From Monocercomonoides exilis PA203 (taxonomy: Eukaryota > Protista > Preaxostyla), in the NCBI GenBank assembly GCA_001643675.2, contig LSRY02000004.1, positions 2,239,459 to 2,303,458 on the forward strand: a DNA stretch of 64,000 nt, read 5' to 3'. A model generated the notes under the pieces. That model saw only the letters and a list, made by a program, of their open reading frames with translations. It was not told the DNA's origin and searched no databases. Below are positions 12,901-27,419 of this stretch, in pieces. Position numbers and translations under genes: made by a program. Numbering within the stretch: the first letter of the stretch is position 1; each line of letters starts with the position of its first letter.

Positions 12901-15900
12901 TTGCTGAGCTGCCTTTCCTCACACGCCTCGACCTCTCCTACAACAGAATATGTGACCTCCCTGACACTTTCTTCAACCTCCACGCACCTGACACTAATGC
13001 TTCTCCTCCTCCTCCTACTTCCCTTTCATCATCATCATCATCTTCTTCTTCTTCTTCTCTTCGTCCTTCCTCTTCCACTCAGAAGGCATCTCCTCCATCC
13101 ACACGCTTCCCCCTCTCTCTTCGCCAAAAGCCACAAAACATCTCTTTCGTCGACTTGTCTCACAACAGAATTCGAGCACTCCCAAAGTCCATTCTATCTC
13201 TCCATCCCTCTTTGGACAGGCAGCAAGAGCTGGTTGTGAACAGACTGCTCCATTCGACTGCTCATCTCATCAATGGACACACCAATGAATGCAATGAACC
13301 TCACACTCTCTCTTCTCATCATTCATCTTCTTCCTCCTCTTCTCCTTCTCCTTCTCCATTTGTGTCTAATTATTCTTCTCTTTATTCTCCTTCTCCTTCT
13401 CCTTCTCCTTGTTCATCATCATCATCTTCTTCATCATCTTCTGCACCGTCTGCTTTGTCTCCATCATATTCTCCATCTTCTTCTTCATCACCCCAACAAA
13501 AGAGATCAACCAGAATTGCTTTTGTTCCATCTTCTTCTTCTCTTTCTTCATCCAACTTGGCTGTTTCACCATCACCATCTCCCTCTCCCTCTCCATTGGA
13601 TGCAAAAGCTGATGAAGATAATTCATCAGAGAAGAAGGAGAAGGAGAAGGAGAAGGAGAAAGAAGAAAAGAAAGAAGAGCCAATCAAAAAAGAAGAGAAA
13701 ACAGAAAAAAGCGAACAGAAAGAAAAAGAAGAGGAGAAAGAAGTGAATGCCATTCTCAAAGAAATTGAAGAGACAGCCAAAATAATATCATCATTCACCT
13801 CATCTATTGTTGATGGAGAAGCAAACACAACAACTTCATCATCATCATCATCACCATCGTCATCATCATCATCATCATCATCATCATCTTCTATTTCATC
13901 AGATGATTCTGTTTCATCACCTGCTCCTTCTCCTTTGAAGATTGTTGAATCATCGCCATCTCCATTGCAATTGTCATCATCATCTTCCTCTTCTTCCTCT
14001 TCCTCTCTCTCTCTTCATTCGTGTTCTGATGATATTCCTCCTCAGCCCCTATCTCCTCCCTCTTCTTCTGAAAGTATTCCAAAAGACTCCAAAGAGATAA
14101 AAGAGATAAAAGAGATAAAAGAGATAAAAGACATTCCATTTTCTCCTCCCTTCTCCACTCAAAATGCTCTCCTGTCTTCTTCTCTCTCAAAAGAGCATCT
14201 TGTTTCTCTTCCTCAAAGCGATGTGGCTGATTCTCCTCCGATTTCTCCTTCATTCTATCCAGACAGACCAATCATTGACATGCCTGACGAGGATGAACAG
14301 AAACAAGATGCAAATGACAGCTCTAATGCATCATCATCATCTGCTTCTTCATCTTCCTCCTCTTCTTCTTTATCACCATCACCATCACCATCACCATCAC
14401 CATCACCATCAACAACAACAACAACATCATCTTCTTCTTCTATTTCATCTGCCTCTTCTAATGCCATCAGCATCTCTTCTGTTCCAATGCCATCCACATC
14501 ACCCACATCACACTCATTCTCCACAAGACACATCTTCTCTGGCTCAAAAACATCTGCTTCTTCTTATTCTTCTCCAAACCCTCCTTCTTCTCCATTCACA
14601 ACTTCTTCCTCTTCTTCTGCTTCCGCCTCCTCATCTTCTTCCTCCTCATCTTCTCCTTCCTCTTCCTCTTCATCATCTATTTATTCCACCACCTCCTCTT
14701 CTTCTCCTTTCTCTTCTCCTCTTTCTGCTTCATCATCATCATCTTCCTCATTAGCTTCATCTTCCTCTTTCTCATCTTCATCTTCCTCTGCTTTGTCATC
14801 ACCTTCTCCAAGTCCATTGAATTCAAACAAAAACATTCAGAAACCATCAAATGCATCTTCATCAAATACAACCTCATCATCAACATTATCATCATCATCA
14901 TCTTTATCATCATCCATAGCTAAACCAAAAATATCATCAACATCATCAACATCTTCTGCTTCATCATCATCATCATCATCATCATCATCTTCTTCTTCTT
15001 CATCTGTTTCAGATATTCCTCCTCATCGCAACTTCCTTTTTGTGGATATTTCATTCAATTTCATCGGAGCAATGAAATGGGGCAGTGAAATGGATTATTA
15101 TTTGGATGAAGAGGAAAGAAAAGAGCAGATGGCACATCTGACAAGAGAAAGCAGAAGGAAGGAGAGAAGAGAGAAGGAGAAGGAGAAGGAGAAAGGGAAA
15201 GAGAAAGAAGGAGAGGAGAAAAATGAAGAAGAAGAGGAAGATGAAGAATTGAAAGGAGAAGCAAAAGGAGAAGAGGAAGGAGAAGAAGAAGTGTTGCCAT
15301 TTGATGCTGTTTCGATGGGAGTGACACTTTCTTTGTCTCCTCCTTCATCTCCTGTGCACAAACAGATACCTCCTCCAACTTCATCATCTTCTTCATCATC
15401 ATCTTCATCTTCTTCATTATCTGCCTCTTCTTCATCATTAGCTTCATCATCTTCTTCATCTTCTCTTTCACAACCAGAAATAAAGAAAAGCTCTTCAACA
15501 TCTTCAGCAGCTCTTTCAACCACATCTCCTTCTCCTTCACCTTCCACTCATTTCCCATCACCTCCCTCTAATCCCTCTTCTAATTCTTCATCTTCTAATT
15601 ATTCTTCTTCCTTCTCTTCCTTCTCCTCTTCTCCCCTTCTCCACTCCTCTACTCTTCAGAACATGCTCTTTCTGTCTTCTCCTTCTCTCTCTCTCATCAT
15701 CCGGTGTGTCTCTTCCACCCAGTGCCCTTCCTCTGACAAGCCATGGGTCTCCTTTTCAATGGGAAAGAGGTTGTTTGAAAGAGAATGGCGGAGAAGAAGA
15801 TTGGAGAGACAGAAAATGAGAGAGGAAGCTGTGAAAGCGAAAGCAGATGAGAAAGAAAGAGAGAAAGAAAGAGAAAAGGAAAGAGAAAGAGAAAGAGGAA

Positions 15901-18900
15901 GAGGAAGAGAAGAGGAAGAGATGAATGTCAGAGAAAGCGAAAGAGGAAGAGAAGACACGATGAATGAGAAAGAGGAAGAGGAAGAAAAAGAAGATAAAGA
16001 AAACTTATCTGCAAAAGAGGCAGACAAAATGAATGAAGATGTTTCATTTGAGGAAACAACAAATTCGTCACAAAATTCTTCTGTCTCGTCCACACCCACA
16101 AAAAGAGAGCATTCCAAAATGAGTTCATTCATCTCATTCATTTCTGCTGGCTACAAATCAAATCCCTCAAAATCTCCTTCAGCTTCTTCTCAACAACTTT
16201 CTTCTTCTCCTTCTCCTTCTCCTTCATCAACATCTCCTTCTTCTTCTCCTCAAAATGACACAATTCCATTGCAATCTTCTCCAAATGCAATTTCTTCTTC
16301 TTCTTCTTCCTCCTCCTTATCATCATCGTCTTCATCGTCTTCTCCTTCTTCAACACAAAACAATTTATCTTCTTCAAATTCTTCTGAAATTGACCACATT
16401 TCAACATCAACAACATCATCATCTTCAACTTCTTCTTCATCTTCTCCTTTCACTTCACTTTCTTCTCTGACTTCAAAATTGTTTTCTCGCTCTCCTTCTT
16501 CTCCTTCTCTTTCATCTTCCTCTTCCTCTTCCTCTTCCTCCTCCTCCTCCTCATCATCTTCATCTTCTTCATTGTCTCTATCTTCCTCTTCCTCTTCTTC
16601 TCCTTCTTTTTCAATTCGTTATTATTCCTCTCTATTTCCTTCTTCTTCTCCTTCCTCTTCTCCTCTCCCTTCATCCTCACCAACATCTTCTTCTGATCAT
16701 CTGCTGATGGCTCCTTTGGATTCCACTTCATCTTCTTCTATTTCATCATCATCATCTTCTTCTTCTCCAACCATTCTTCTTCATCTTCCACATTCCAATC
16801 TTCCTGACTTGTCATTTGTTGATGAAATTGCCAATGAAACAGAACATAACAACACTTCTGTTGATGATGATGACATTCTTTCTTCTTCTTCTTCTTCTTC
16901 TTCTTCTTCTTCTCTTTCTCTAAAGACTCAACAAAAGACAAAATACAACTCAAAACAGAAGCAATCAAAGATAACATCTAATATCTCGCCATCATCTTCT
17001 CTTTCTTCTTCTTCTCTTTCCTCTTCCTCTTCCACTTCTCCTGTGTGTGATGCAGACACAGATGTCTCTCTCTTGTCGATGGATGCAAACGACTTCAACT
17101 TCCTCTTTTCGGCAAAAGAGAGAGAAAACGAGGCAGAAGGCGGTTATGTTTTTGTGAGCCAAAGAAAAAGACCTCTGTCTCCACTTCAGACACAACACAC
17201 GATTTCTCCTGCATCTTTTGGAGAGAACGAGAAGGGAAAAGAAGAGAAGAAGGGGAAGAGAGAGAAAGAGAAGGAGAAAGAGAAGGAAAAGGAGAAAGAG
17301 AAAGATAAAGATAAAGATAAAGAGAAGGAAGGAGGAGGAGAGGAAGAAGAAGATGCAAAATCGAAAGGAAAGAAGAAAAGTGAGAGAGATGCGAAAGAGA
17401 TTTATTCTCAAATGTTTTTGTCGACAGATGAGACAGAACAGAATGACTTGTGTCCGCTTTGCTTTCCTCCATTTCCTTCTCCTCCAATCAGCATCAGAAA
17501 AGAGAAGGAGAAAGAGAAGGAGAAAGAGAACAAAAAAGAAGAGGAACCTCTTTTTGGAAGCATTCCACAAGAAGAGGAAGGGGCAGATGAAGATGATGAC
17601 GAAGAGAAAGAGAAAGAGAAAGAGAAAGAGAAAGAGAAAGAGAAAGAAGGAAAAGAAGATAAGCAAAAAGAGAATACAAATACGAATGCAAATGAAAATG
17701 AAGAAGAGAAAAAAGAAGAGAAAAAACCTGTTCAAGTAGAGCAATTAACAGCAGAAGAACCAAAATGTCTGCCATCCAATTCGGATGAACCGCAACTGCT
17801 GCACAATTCATCAGATGATCATTCATCTGCCTCTGATGACACTCAACAACAACAACAATATGAAGAAGAAGTGAAAGAAGAAGAAGAAAAAGTGAAAGAG
17901 AAAGGAGAAAAAGGAGAAGAAGAAAAAGAAAAGGAAAAAGGAGAAGAAGAAGCAGAATCTGCCATTGAACATCCAACAGAGCCATTAATTCCTTCAGCAG
18001 ATGACACAATTTCTTCATCTTCTGGTTTTTCTGCACAGCCAACATCTGTTTTGAATGAGTCTTTTGGAAGCAAAAAAACTGAAAAACACGAAACAGATGA
18101 AAAAGAAGAAGACAAAGAAGAAGATAAAAAAGAAGACAAAAAGGAAAGTGAACAATCAGACAACAAAAAGAATGAAGCACTTATTCCAAAGAAAGTGGAA
18201 CCAGAAGAAGAAGAAAAAGAAGCAGCAGTAGCAGAAGAGGTGACTTCAGTGAAAGTGTTGGTGACCTCTTCAATCACATCCACCCAGCCGACATCGAACA
18301 AAACATCTTTTACTCGCCACTCGCGCACTCTTTCTCAATCAAACACCAAAAGACGATCACTTTCTCCTTCTGTCTCTTTGTCCTCTTCCCAGTCAGCTCT
18401 TTCTTTTCCTTCCTCTTTCTTCCTCTCTTCTGGCGCTGACTCTGAAATGTTTGGTGCTCTCCCTCCATCTGCTGCTTCATTCGAACCTTCTCATTCTTCC
18501 CTCTCTTCTCTCTCTTCTGCTTCTGCCTCTGCCTCTTCCTCTTCTTCTTCATCCAAAAAACCTCTTTCTTCAATGCCCTTTTCTCCTTTCACTTCTTCTT
18601 CCTCATTCAAATCCAACTCTTCCTCCAAAAAGAGTGCCTTCTTCCTTTCTTCTTCTTCATCCAACAGAAAATCCTCTTTAACATCTTCTTCTTCTTCTTC
18701 CTCCATATACACCTCTATTTATCCTCAGCTGAATGAACTTCCATCTCTTCTGCCGCCCTTCTTGTCAATGGACACCCTCAGACCATCTGTCCATCCACAC
18801 ACGAAGAGTGGAAGATTGAAGGATGACGAAGAAGAAGAAGAAGATAATGATAAGGAAGGAAAAGAAGAGAAAGAGAAAGAAAAAGAAAAAGAAAAGAAGG

Positions 18901-21900
18901 AAAATGAAACAAAAAAGAGTGACAAAAGAGCAAATGGAGAAGAAAAAGAAGAATCAGAGTCAGAATCAGAGTCAGATGATGGAGATAAATCACCTCCGCC
19001 CACACTCATCCACCGACTGGGCACAAAAAGAAAGAATGTTCTGTTTTCAACGCCAATTGCGTCATCTTCATTGGCCACCCCACAAAACAGAACAAGAACA
19101 CCTCTTCTTCACTCGAAGACGAACTTTGCAGCCACAAAAGACGAGTGGAAGACTCTTCTGCTCACCAAAGATGCACATTCAGCTGATGACAGAGAAGGAA
19201 AGAGAATGGAACAGAATGGAAAGAATGGAAAGAATGAAGGAATGAAAAAGGAAGAGAAAGAAGACGAAGATGAGAAAGAGAAAACAGAGAGGAAGAAGAA
19301 AGTATCATTTATGCTATCTTCATCAAGCATTTGGAACGGGTCAATCAAAAAGGAAGAAAAAGAAGAAGAAGAAGAAAAGAAGAAAGAAAAAGAAAGTGAA
19401 GAATCTAAAAGTGAAGATGAGATGGCAATTCCTGTTCTTTTGAGGCATAAAAATGATAAGTCACAAAATGTCAGTCAACAAGAAACGAAGAAAGTGGATG
19501 AAGGAGAAACGAAGGACAAAGAAATAAAAAGCGAAGAAGAAGGAAAAGAAGAAGGAAAAGAAGAACAAAAAGAAGAAGAACAAAAAGAAGAAGAGAAAGA
19601 CAATCAAAATTCATCAACAGACGCAAAAGCAGAAGTTCAAAAAGAAGAGAAGAAAGAAGAAAAGCCGATAGAAATCATAGAGATGGTTTCCTTTGGTGAT
19701 GACTCAGATGCTTCAACTGATCAATCATTATCATCATCGTCTTCTTCTTCTTTATCATCTTCATCATCTTCCAATTCGTCTTTTTCAGTTACAACACTTT
19801 CTGAATTGACTTCTGCTCAAACATCTTCAAACAATTCGTCTCAATCAACCACAAAAGACAACACCACTCAATCCACAGATAATCAAACATCACCACTCAA
19901 TCTACCAAGCACCCCTGATTCCATCACAATTTCTATTTCTACTCCTTCTCCTTCTCCTTCTCTTTTGTCTTCCTCTCTTTCTTCTCCTCTTCCTTCTCCT
20001 TTCATTTCGCCCACTTCACTCTCTCCTCTTCGGCTACCTTCCACAAACACATCCTCTGAGTCTCTTCAGCTTCCTCCCTCTCTCTCCTCTCCTTGTGCCT
20101 CTCCTCCCTCTCTCCTCTCTCCCTCCTACACTTCAACCTCTCCTTCTCTCCCTCCTCTTCCTTCCTCACCCACATCCCCCGTTCCTCTGCTTCCTCCTTC
20201 CTCTCCTCTTCCCTCTGATTCTACTCCCCCACCATCACCCCCAACCCCTCCCACTCCTCCTTCTCCACCCCCAACTCTTCCTTCTCTTCTGCCTCACTCT
20301 GTCTCCTGCTGCGAAACATGCGGTGTGAGACCGACGATGGAAGATGCTGTGCTCATTCTGCCCTGTTCGGGGTGGGACATCAGCACTCTCATCGAAGACA
20401 ACCAAATACCCCTCTTAAGAAGACTGCTTCTGATGCCACAGGAAATAAGGTTCCACAAAGATGGGATGAAAGTTTTCAACGAAAGAGAGGCAGAAAGATG
20501 GCAGAAGAAAGTGGAGAGAAGGAGAGCAATGGAAGAGCAATGGGAGAAGGAGGCAAAGGAAATGATGGAGAAGCAGGAGAGGAAAGAGGCGTTGAGAAGA
20601 AATGACAAAGAGAAAGAAAAAGAAAAAGAAAAAACGGAAAAACTTGAAAGTTCATCCAACAGTGGAAGCAAAGGAAGAGGATTCTGGTCGTCTTTCCCGT
20701 CTTTTGGCTCAATCAAATCGAAGCTTGTGCATCCACTGACATCCGCCAGTGGTTCATCTGCATCTTCATCATCATCGTCTTCTTCTCCTTTCTTCTCCTC
20801 TCATGTCCCTTCTCTCCACTCCCTTTTGTCTCCTCCTCCTGTCCTCCCTCCTTTCACTCGCTACTTCAACCCCAAATTGGAAGGAGGATGTGGCATTTTT
20901 GCGGTGTTTGACGGACACAAAGGACCAAATGCAGCGAATTTCTTGTCTTCGCACTTTGTCTCTGTCTTTCTCGAGGAATGCAGCACATTTGCTTTGGAGA
21001 ACAGAAAGAGGAAGCTGAAAGAGGCTGTTACGGTGAGAAGGTTGAAGGAGAAAGAGAAGGAGATTGAAAGAGAAAGAGAAAGAGAAAAGGAAATTGAACA
21101 AGGAAGCGACGAAAAGAATGAGAAAAGCAAAGATTCAGAAGGCATCCCAATCTGCGTGAAAAGCGAAGAGCAGAAAGGAGAAAACGGCAACTGGGTGTTC
21201 ATTAAGAACGTGAACAACACAGAAGAATCAAAAGAAGAAGGCAAAGAGGAAGAAAAGAAAGCAGATGGAAATTCGACAGAAACAACTGGAACGCCAATTG
21301 TATGCTCTTCATCAGCAGCGCCTGTTCCTGAGCATCCGAATTTTGCTTCTGAAGATCTGTCGAATGTGTCTGCAGACCAAAATGCACCTTCTCTTTCAAA
21401 CGATCGTCCCTCTCTTTCATCGCAGTCGTCTTCTGACTCAACATCTTCATCTGATCCACCGCTGCTGACACGAATTCTGCAGTCCACATTTGCCAAGCTG
21501 CTTGTGCAGATGAAGGAGTTGTGTGTGCCAGACGGTGCATGTGCCCTTGTTGCTGTTGTCTGCCCATCGCGTGTCTACCTCGCTAATGTTGGCGACTGCA
21601 GAGCTGTTCTCGTGTCAAGATTTTACGATGCTTCTGTCTTTGGCTCAAGGAAAAGAGGGCATTGCAAACAGGATGAAGAAGAGAAAGACAAAGGAAACAG
21701 AAGCAACAAAAATGGAGAAACTGAAGATGGAAAGAGAGACAATTCAAAAGAATCTGAAGAAGGAAGTTCTTCGGATACCCATTCAAGCAACTCTTCGACT
21801 TCTCTTTCTCAGTCAATCATTACTCCCACAAAAATGTATTCTTCCTCATCTTCTTCTGGAGTGCTGCTTCAGTCTTCCCCTTCCACTCTACAGGATAGTC

Positions 21901-23378
21901 ACAGCCCAGCTGTATCACCTTCTCCTCTTCCTTCTCCTCTTTCGTCTCTTTCTCTGACCCCATCACCTCTTTCACCAGCAACACCTTATGTTTCATCTGC
22001 TTTGTCTATACAGCCTTTCCATTCGGCTGATCTTCTTCAGCCACTTGTGATGTCTCCAGCAGCAACTTATGCTTCTTCTGCATCTTCATTTTGCTCAAAT
22101 AGCTCTTTCAAACCAACAACCTCTTTCTGTCCAACTTCTCATCTTCATCCTCTTCCTCTTCCTTCTTCTTCTTTGGATACTGCTGAATCTATTTTACCTG
22201 CAAATTCCGCAAATCCACCACCACCACCACCATCACCATCATCATCATCACCCTCGACTCCATCTGACTATCAACCTCATCCTTCGTCTTGTGCTGAATG
22301 CCATCCATCCTTCCATCCTCCTTCTGAATTCTTTCCTCCTCCAAATCCTTCTGCCTCTCTTCGCCATCCGCTCTTTCTGTCGTCTCCTTCCATGCAGATT
22401 GTGGGGAAAGCTGCCACAATCGACCACAAGCCAATCAACAAGAGAGAAGAGAGGTATGTCAAGAGCGTGAACGGCTTTGTGTCGAACGAGCGGCGCATCA
22501 ACGGAATTTTGGCAGTGGGCAGAGCGATGGGCGACTTTGACATGGCACCTGCAGTCAGCAACGAGCCAGACTTGTTCTGTTTGGACATCGACAGATGGAA
22601 TGGACTGCACCTGGGCAGAGAGGAGGAGGAGGAGAAGGAGAAGAAGGAAGAGGAGGAAGAAGAAGACAGCAAGAGAAAGGAAGAAAAGAATGAGAAATGT
22701 GTTGAAGAATGCGGCAAAGAGAGAACGGTTGCTTCAGCCAATTCAGAACAGCCAACAGACACGATGGAATCATCTTACTCAGCCTCGTTCTCAAACACCC
22801 CCTCATCTCCAATGAAACAGCCTCATTCATCTCTTCAGATGCCTCCTGTCCGCAGTTGCGGATGCCAGCGGAGTGAGCCAGTTGAGCTGAATTCGTCTTT
22901 GGCAGCTGTGCTGGACGAATGGATTTCTCCTCCAATTCCTTTCCCTTCTGCTTGCCACGAAGATGTCGAGACAAACCAGCCTCCACATTTGTGTGCTCGG
23001 ATGGCAGAAAAGAAGGAAGAGGAGGAGAACAAGAGCGAAAAGTGCTCTCTTCCACATGCAGCTGTCCAGACATCGTCGTGGGAGCGAGAAGATGTGGCGC
23101 TTGTGATTGGCTGCGATGGACTGTTTGATGTGATGGACAACCAGCAGATCGCTGAAATTGCCTGCCCCTGGATGAACCCTGCAGACACAGATGTGTTCAA
23201 CGACCCAGTCTTTGACAGCGAAGACGAGGAGAACAGAGGAAACGAGAGAGGACACGGCTGCTTCTGCAGGAAAGTCAAGAGAGGCCAGCTGGCTGAGCTG
23301 GCTGCGCTGAGGTTGAGGTCAGCTGCTGATGCATTGGAGTCAACGGATAATTTGAGCGTGATTGTTATAGTTTTGTAA
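9916..23378 (+). CDS. Giant leucine-rich-repeat plus PP2C (PPM) phosphatase protein, PHLPP-like architecture; several 5' exons then an ~11.8-kb last exon
   Basis: Many LxxLxLxxN LRRs from 9916 to ~15060. Ordered PP2C motifs: GVRPTMEDA, FAVFDGHKG, YLANVGDCRAVL, DHKP..EER, RINGILAVGRAMGD, VIGCDGLFDVM, DNLSVIVI. Confidence 0.88.
11690..22700 (+). repeat. Coding low-complexity tracts: (TCT/TCA)n Ser-Pro and (GAA/AAA/GAG)n Glu-Lys, including (AAAGAGATA)x4 at 14091-14126
   Basis: Trinucleotide and hexanucleotide iterations are directly visible within the LRR-PP2C exon. Confidence 0.9.
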
Positions 23379-23726
23379 AGAGAGGTATTAGGCTTTGTTT
23401 TATTTGAGAGTCTGAAAAATAAACAATAATCTATGAAACAAAATGTTTGTTTGTCCAATAGGCAAATTATGTATTTTTATGTATTAATCAATATTTTGAG
23501 CTTTTCCATTTTAATTCTTTAACATTTATTTTTTTTTTCCAACTTTATTTGTAGACATCAAATGATCACCGCATTTTCTTGATGTTAGTTATTAAAATGT
23601 ATTCAAAAATTTTTATGAAAATATAAAATATTCATAATTTGCCTTTTTGAAAAACATATTTCCAAAAAAAAGATGAATGATATTATTATTATATCTCTTG
23701 ATCAAAAAAATCACAAATTATCGAAA

Positions 23727-25051
23727 ATGAGGATTTTCATGATTGCAGTGTTGAGCATGATAGGATTGCTAGGCGCACAGGAGAGCGGAGAGCAGCAGCA
23801 AGAGGAGGAGATAGATGCGGTGACTTTCGGGTCTAACATCAAGCTTCAGCACATCAATTCGCGCCATCGGCTGCATTCTCACGAGGTGCCGTACGGTATG
23901 TTTGCATATATATTGCGGAAATAGTCTGTGCTTGCGTACGATACGTGCATTTTTTCTTTTTCTTTTTGATGATGGTATTTTGCGATTCATTTAATATTTG
24001 ATATTTGTTTTGGAAGTGTTTGAGTTTTGTAAATTCATTTCATTTGTTTTATTTTAATTTTTTCAAACTTTATGTTGCTTGCATGCTTTTGGGCTGAACT
24101 GTTTTGCTGACGGAAAATGGTTCAATTTACATAATAATTATTGTTTTTTATGCACACATGCCAATGAAATGTGTTGCCATGTACTGTCGCATGGACTCAA
24201 CTTGTTGTTGTATTCTGTGTGGCATTCAGGACAGGGCAGTTTCCAGCAATCGGTGACGGCTTATCCGAAGGGAGATGATCCAAACTCGTTGTGGATCGTG
24301 AAAGGAGCTTTTGGGAGATCTGTAAAGAGGGGGTTTGCGCCATTGCTTGTTTTTCAATTTTTTTTATTTGCTTCATTTGAATTCTATTGCAGAACACCTG
24401 TTGAGTGTGGAGATATTATTCGATTGGAGCATGTGAAGACAGGAAAGAACCTTCACTCTCATAGCTTTAAGTCACCAGTATCTGCACAGCAAGAAGTGAG
24501 CTGTTTTGGAGAAAAGGGGGAAGGAGACGTCCGTATGCATATGAGCTGGTTATTTTTTGATATTTTATTTGCTAATTATATTTTGTGCGGGGATTTACAT
24601 GCATTTTTTTCGGACAGTGGACAATTGGAAGTTGATTTGCGAACCAAACAGGCACACGGGGAATGTGTGGAACAGGGGACTGCCAGTGATGCTACAGGTT
24701 TAACACTTTTCTTTTTGGTGTATATTTTGTCTCATTGATATCCTTTCTCTTTTTCTTTTATTGTGTTTGCAACTCCTTGGGAAAGCATGTTGAAACAAAG
24801 CGATATCTGTTTGCACACAAAGCAAACGTTTTTCCATCACCACTTCAAGGGCAGATTGAGGTGACAGGTTTGGACTTTAGTATTTTTAATGACATTTACC
24901 TCCAATTTCACCACTCTTTTTTTTTTCTATTTTTCGTTTTTACTAATCTGATCTGTTCTGCACAAATAAAGCGTTTGACAAGATGGATGATCCAGAAAAC
25001 AAGTGGAAGACAGCTGAAGGAGTGTATTATCCGCCTCCAAAGCCTGAATAA
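23727..25051 (+). CDS. SDF2-like secreted/ER MIR-domain protein, multi-exon
   Basis: Signal peptide MRIFMIAVLSMIGLLGA. MIR repeats VTFGSNIKLQHINSRHRLHSHEVPYG-SGQGSFQQSVTA..DDPNSLW, CGDIIRLEHVKTGKNLHSH..SPVSAQQEVSCFG and HVETKRYL..PLQGQIEV. Ends KWKTAEGVYYPPPKPE*. Confidence 0.88.
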
Positions 25052-25372
25052 AAATAGAGTGCAATGGATTATCATTGTAAGATTGTCTTATTTATTTTTC
25101 TTTTGCTATCGTTGGTTGTCACAATGGCACTGATGCTTCATTTCACAGTCGAAACAATTGCGTGAATTCTAGACTATACACTTTTGTTTACAATCTGATA
25201 ATTGGAAAAAAAATTAAAGAAATATTGTTTCCTTCTGAAACCACAACGCTAAAGAGTTATAATTGTGAAAACTTTGTTTTGAAATGCAGAAGTGCCATAA
25301 TTAAATTTCATGGATATAAAAAGCGTTAAACAGAACTGTGTGAGACCAAATTCGCAACAATTAACGCTTGAA

Positions 25373-27013
25373 ATGAACTGCCCAAAGAAAAGACCGACCA
25401 CGTCAAATCTTAGGAGATGCTCAAGCGTGAATATTTTTTATCAATAAAAATTTAATGAAGCTTTGAAGCATTGGTTTTGGAAAACAAACGATTCTTTCAG
25501 AGACACAAGATATGCTGGAAGCTGTGCAGAGCGCGTCGCGTGAGTGTCTGCTGGGAGATTCGTTTTGCGAGCAATTGGAGCAGCTGAAAAAAGAGTTCGG
25601 GATAAACCGCTCATGCGACAAGGCCGGGAGGGAGATTTTGCGTGTGTTTGCGCTGTTCTCCATCCGCAAGGGGCTGTCGTACAGCACTGTGCAAAAGATG
25701 CGCAATTGCGCTTCTGACCGGCTGTTCCAGAGAGAGCTGATGGATGCAGCAAAAATACCTCACACGCTGATGGATGCTGAGCTCGTCGAGCTTGTGACGG
25801 TGGGAGTGTGCTGCGCCGACGCAGACTGGCTCTTCAGCGAAAAGAGCACACTGATGTTTGGGAGACTGCTGTGTGGCGTGCTTGGGCTGCCCACAAGCGT
25901 GCTGCGCTGGAAACTTCGTGTGAGCCTGGCGTCTCTTGGGCTTTTGTTCCTCACAACATCAACCAGTTTGCAGCAACCCTTTCTGTTTTCCTTGCTGTTT
26001 GTTTCCCCTCCTTGTTTTTTGTTCTTCATTTTGAGAGGACTTTGCTGTGAAGCATGAGATGCAATCTGTGATTTTCTTTTTGGCAAAGGGGTGAGTCTTT
26101 TGGGATTGGGACTGGGAGTGAAGCCATGAGGATGTTTTGTTTGTGCATTTGCTTTCGTTCACCTTCGACTCATTTGCTTCTTTCCCAATTCTTTTGTTTG
26201 GGTTGTGATGCTGCTTGAACAGATTTTGGCTGCCTGAAGTACATTCTGAAAGAGACATTTGAGCTGGCGCTGGAAAGGCACAAAAGAAAGAAGATACGGC
26301 TGCCGGGGATGGCGCTTGCTTGCATGCTTTATTTGAGTGCCATTCCCTTCTTTTTGGGGGTTTCGAAGGAAGACTATGTGATTGCAGAGGAAATGAAGCT
26401 GAGCCAGGGTTGGCTGTGCTTGGAGGCGCTTGTGCGCTCGATGGAGGATGTGAGCGAGGCAGAAGAGGAAGGAAGCGGAAATGCGCTGGCAAAGGAGCTG
26501 AGTCTGTTTGGGGTGAAATGGGTGTTTGTGCATGTTATTGAAAACGGGGTGGACTTCAGAGATGGCAGAGTGGCGCAATCAGACCGCTTTGCCTGCCTTC
26601 TGAGCGAAGCGTTGAAGCGAAAGCTGGTTTGTGTGAAAGAACTGGATTGCTGGGGCGATTTCGAAGAAGCAGAAGAGGGGCTCGAGAGCTTTGTGTTGTC
26701 TTTGCTGAACAGAAGGCGATTCGGTCTTCTTGCGTCTTTTGGGAAAGAAGGGATCAGACTCGTTGCAAACAACATTGCAAAGCTGCTTCGGCACAACGCA
26801 GAACATCTCAAATCCAGAGCTGGGGAAATGGCACATTATCTGAATGAAATGGCCGAGAGCTCGAAGGGGCAGCGGAAGGAGCGTGCGGCATTGCTCAAAA
26901 AGTGTTTGGAAGAAGAAGGGTTTGACGATGTGCTGGTGTTGGCTGCTGGGTTGTGCAACTTAGCAATCGGATGGAATTCTGAATTGCGAGCTTCGATGCT
27001 GGCATTGCTTTGA
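25373..27013 (+). CDS. Hypothetical helical protein, multi-exon; exon boundaries approximate
   Basis: GC-richer coding-like ORFs at 25512-26057 and 26309-27013, separated by T-rich intron-like segments. The C-terminus KKCLEEEGFDDVL resembles the KMEEEGYED ending of the subtelomeric family. Confidence 0.6.
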
Positions 27014-27419
27014 GGATGCTTGCTTCGTTTGCTTTTTTGGGGAAAAAAAAAAAATAATTAAAGAAGCAAAGCTTGTTGCAGAGGCGTCTTTATCCGGATT
27101 CGAATGTTTATTTCTAATAGTTATTCCTCGTCTTTTTCATTCTGTAATCTTGTTCTGTAATCGTCTTTTTTTCACTTTTGATTGTGAGTTTGGTGCAGTT
27201 TCTGTTGGCGAATGTTTCCGTTTTGTTTTGTGTCTGTGTGGCTTCTGAAAAGGAAGCGGGCTTTTTTGAAAATCTGTTGATTATCTTTTGTTTTCTTCAT
27301 TTTCATTTCCAAATTTTCAATCATTCTTGAAACTTGCAAAAAATCAAAAACAAAAACAAAAATCAAATCTTTTCTTTTCCCGTTTGTTCAAAAAGCACAA
27401 GGAGTTGGAGAAAAAGCAA

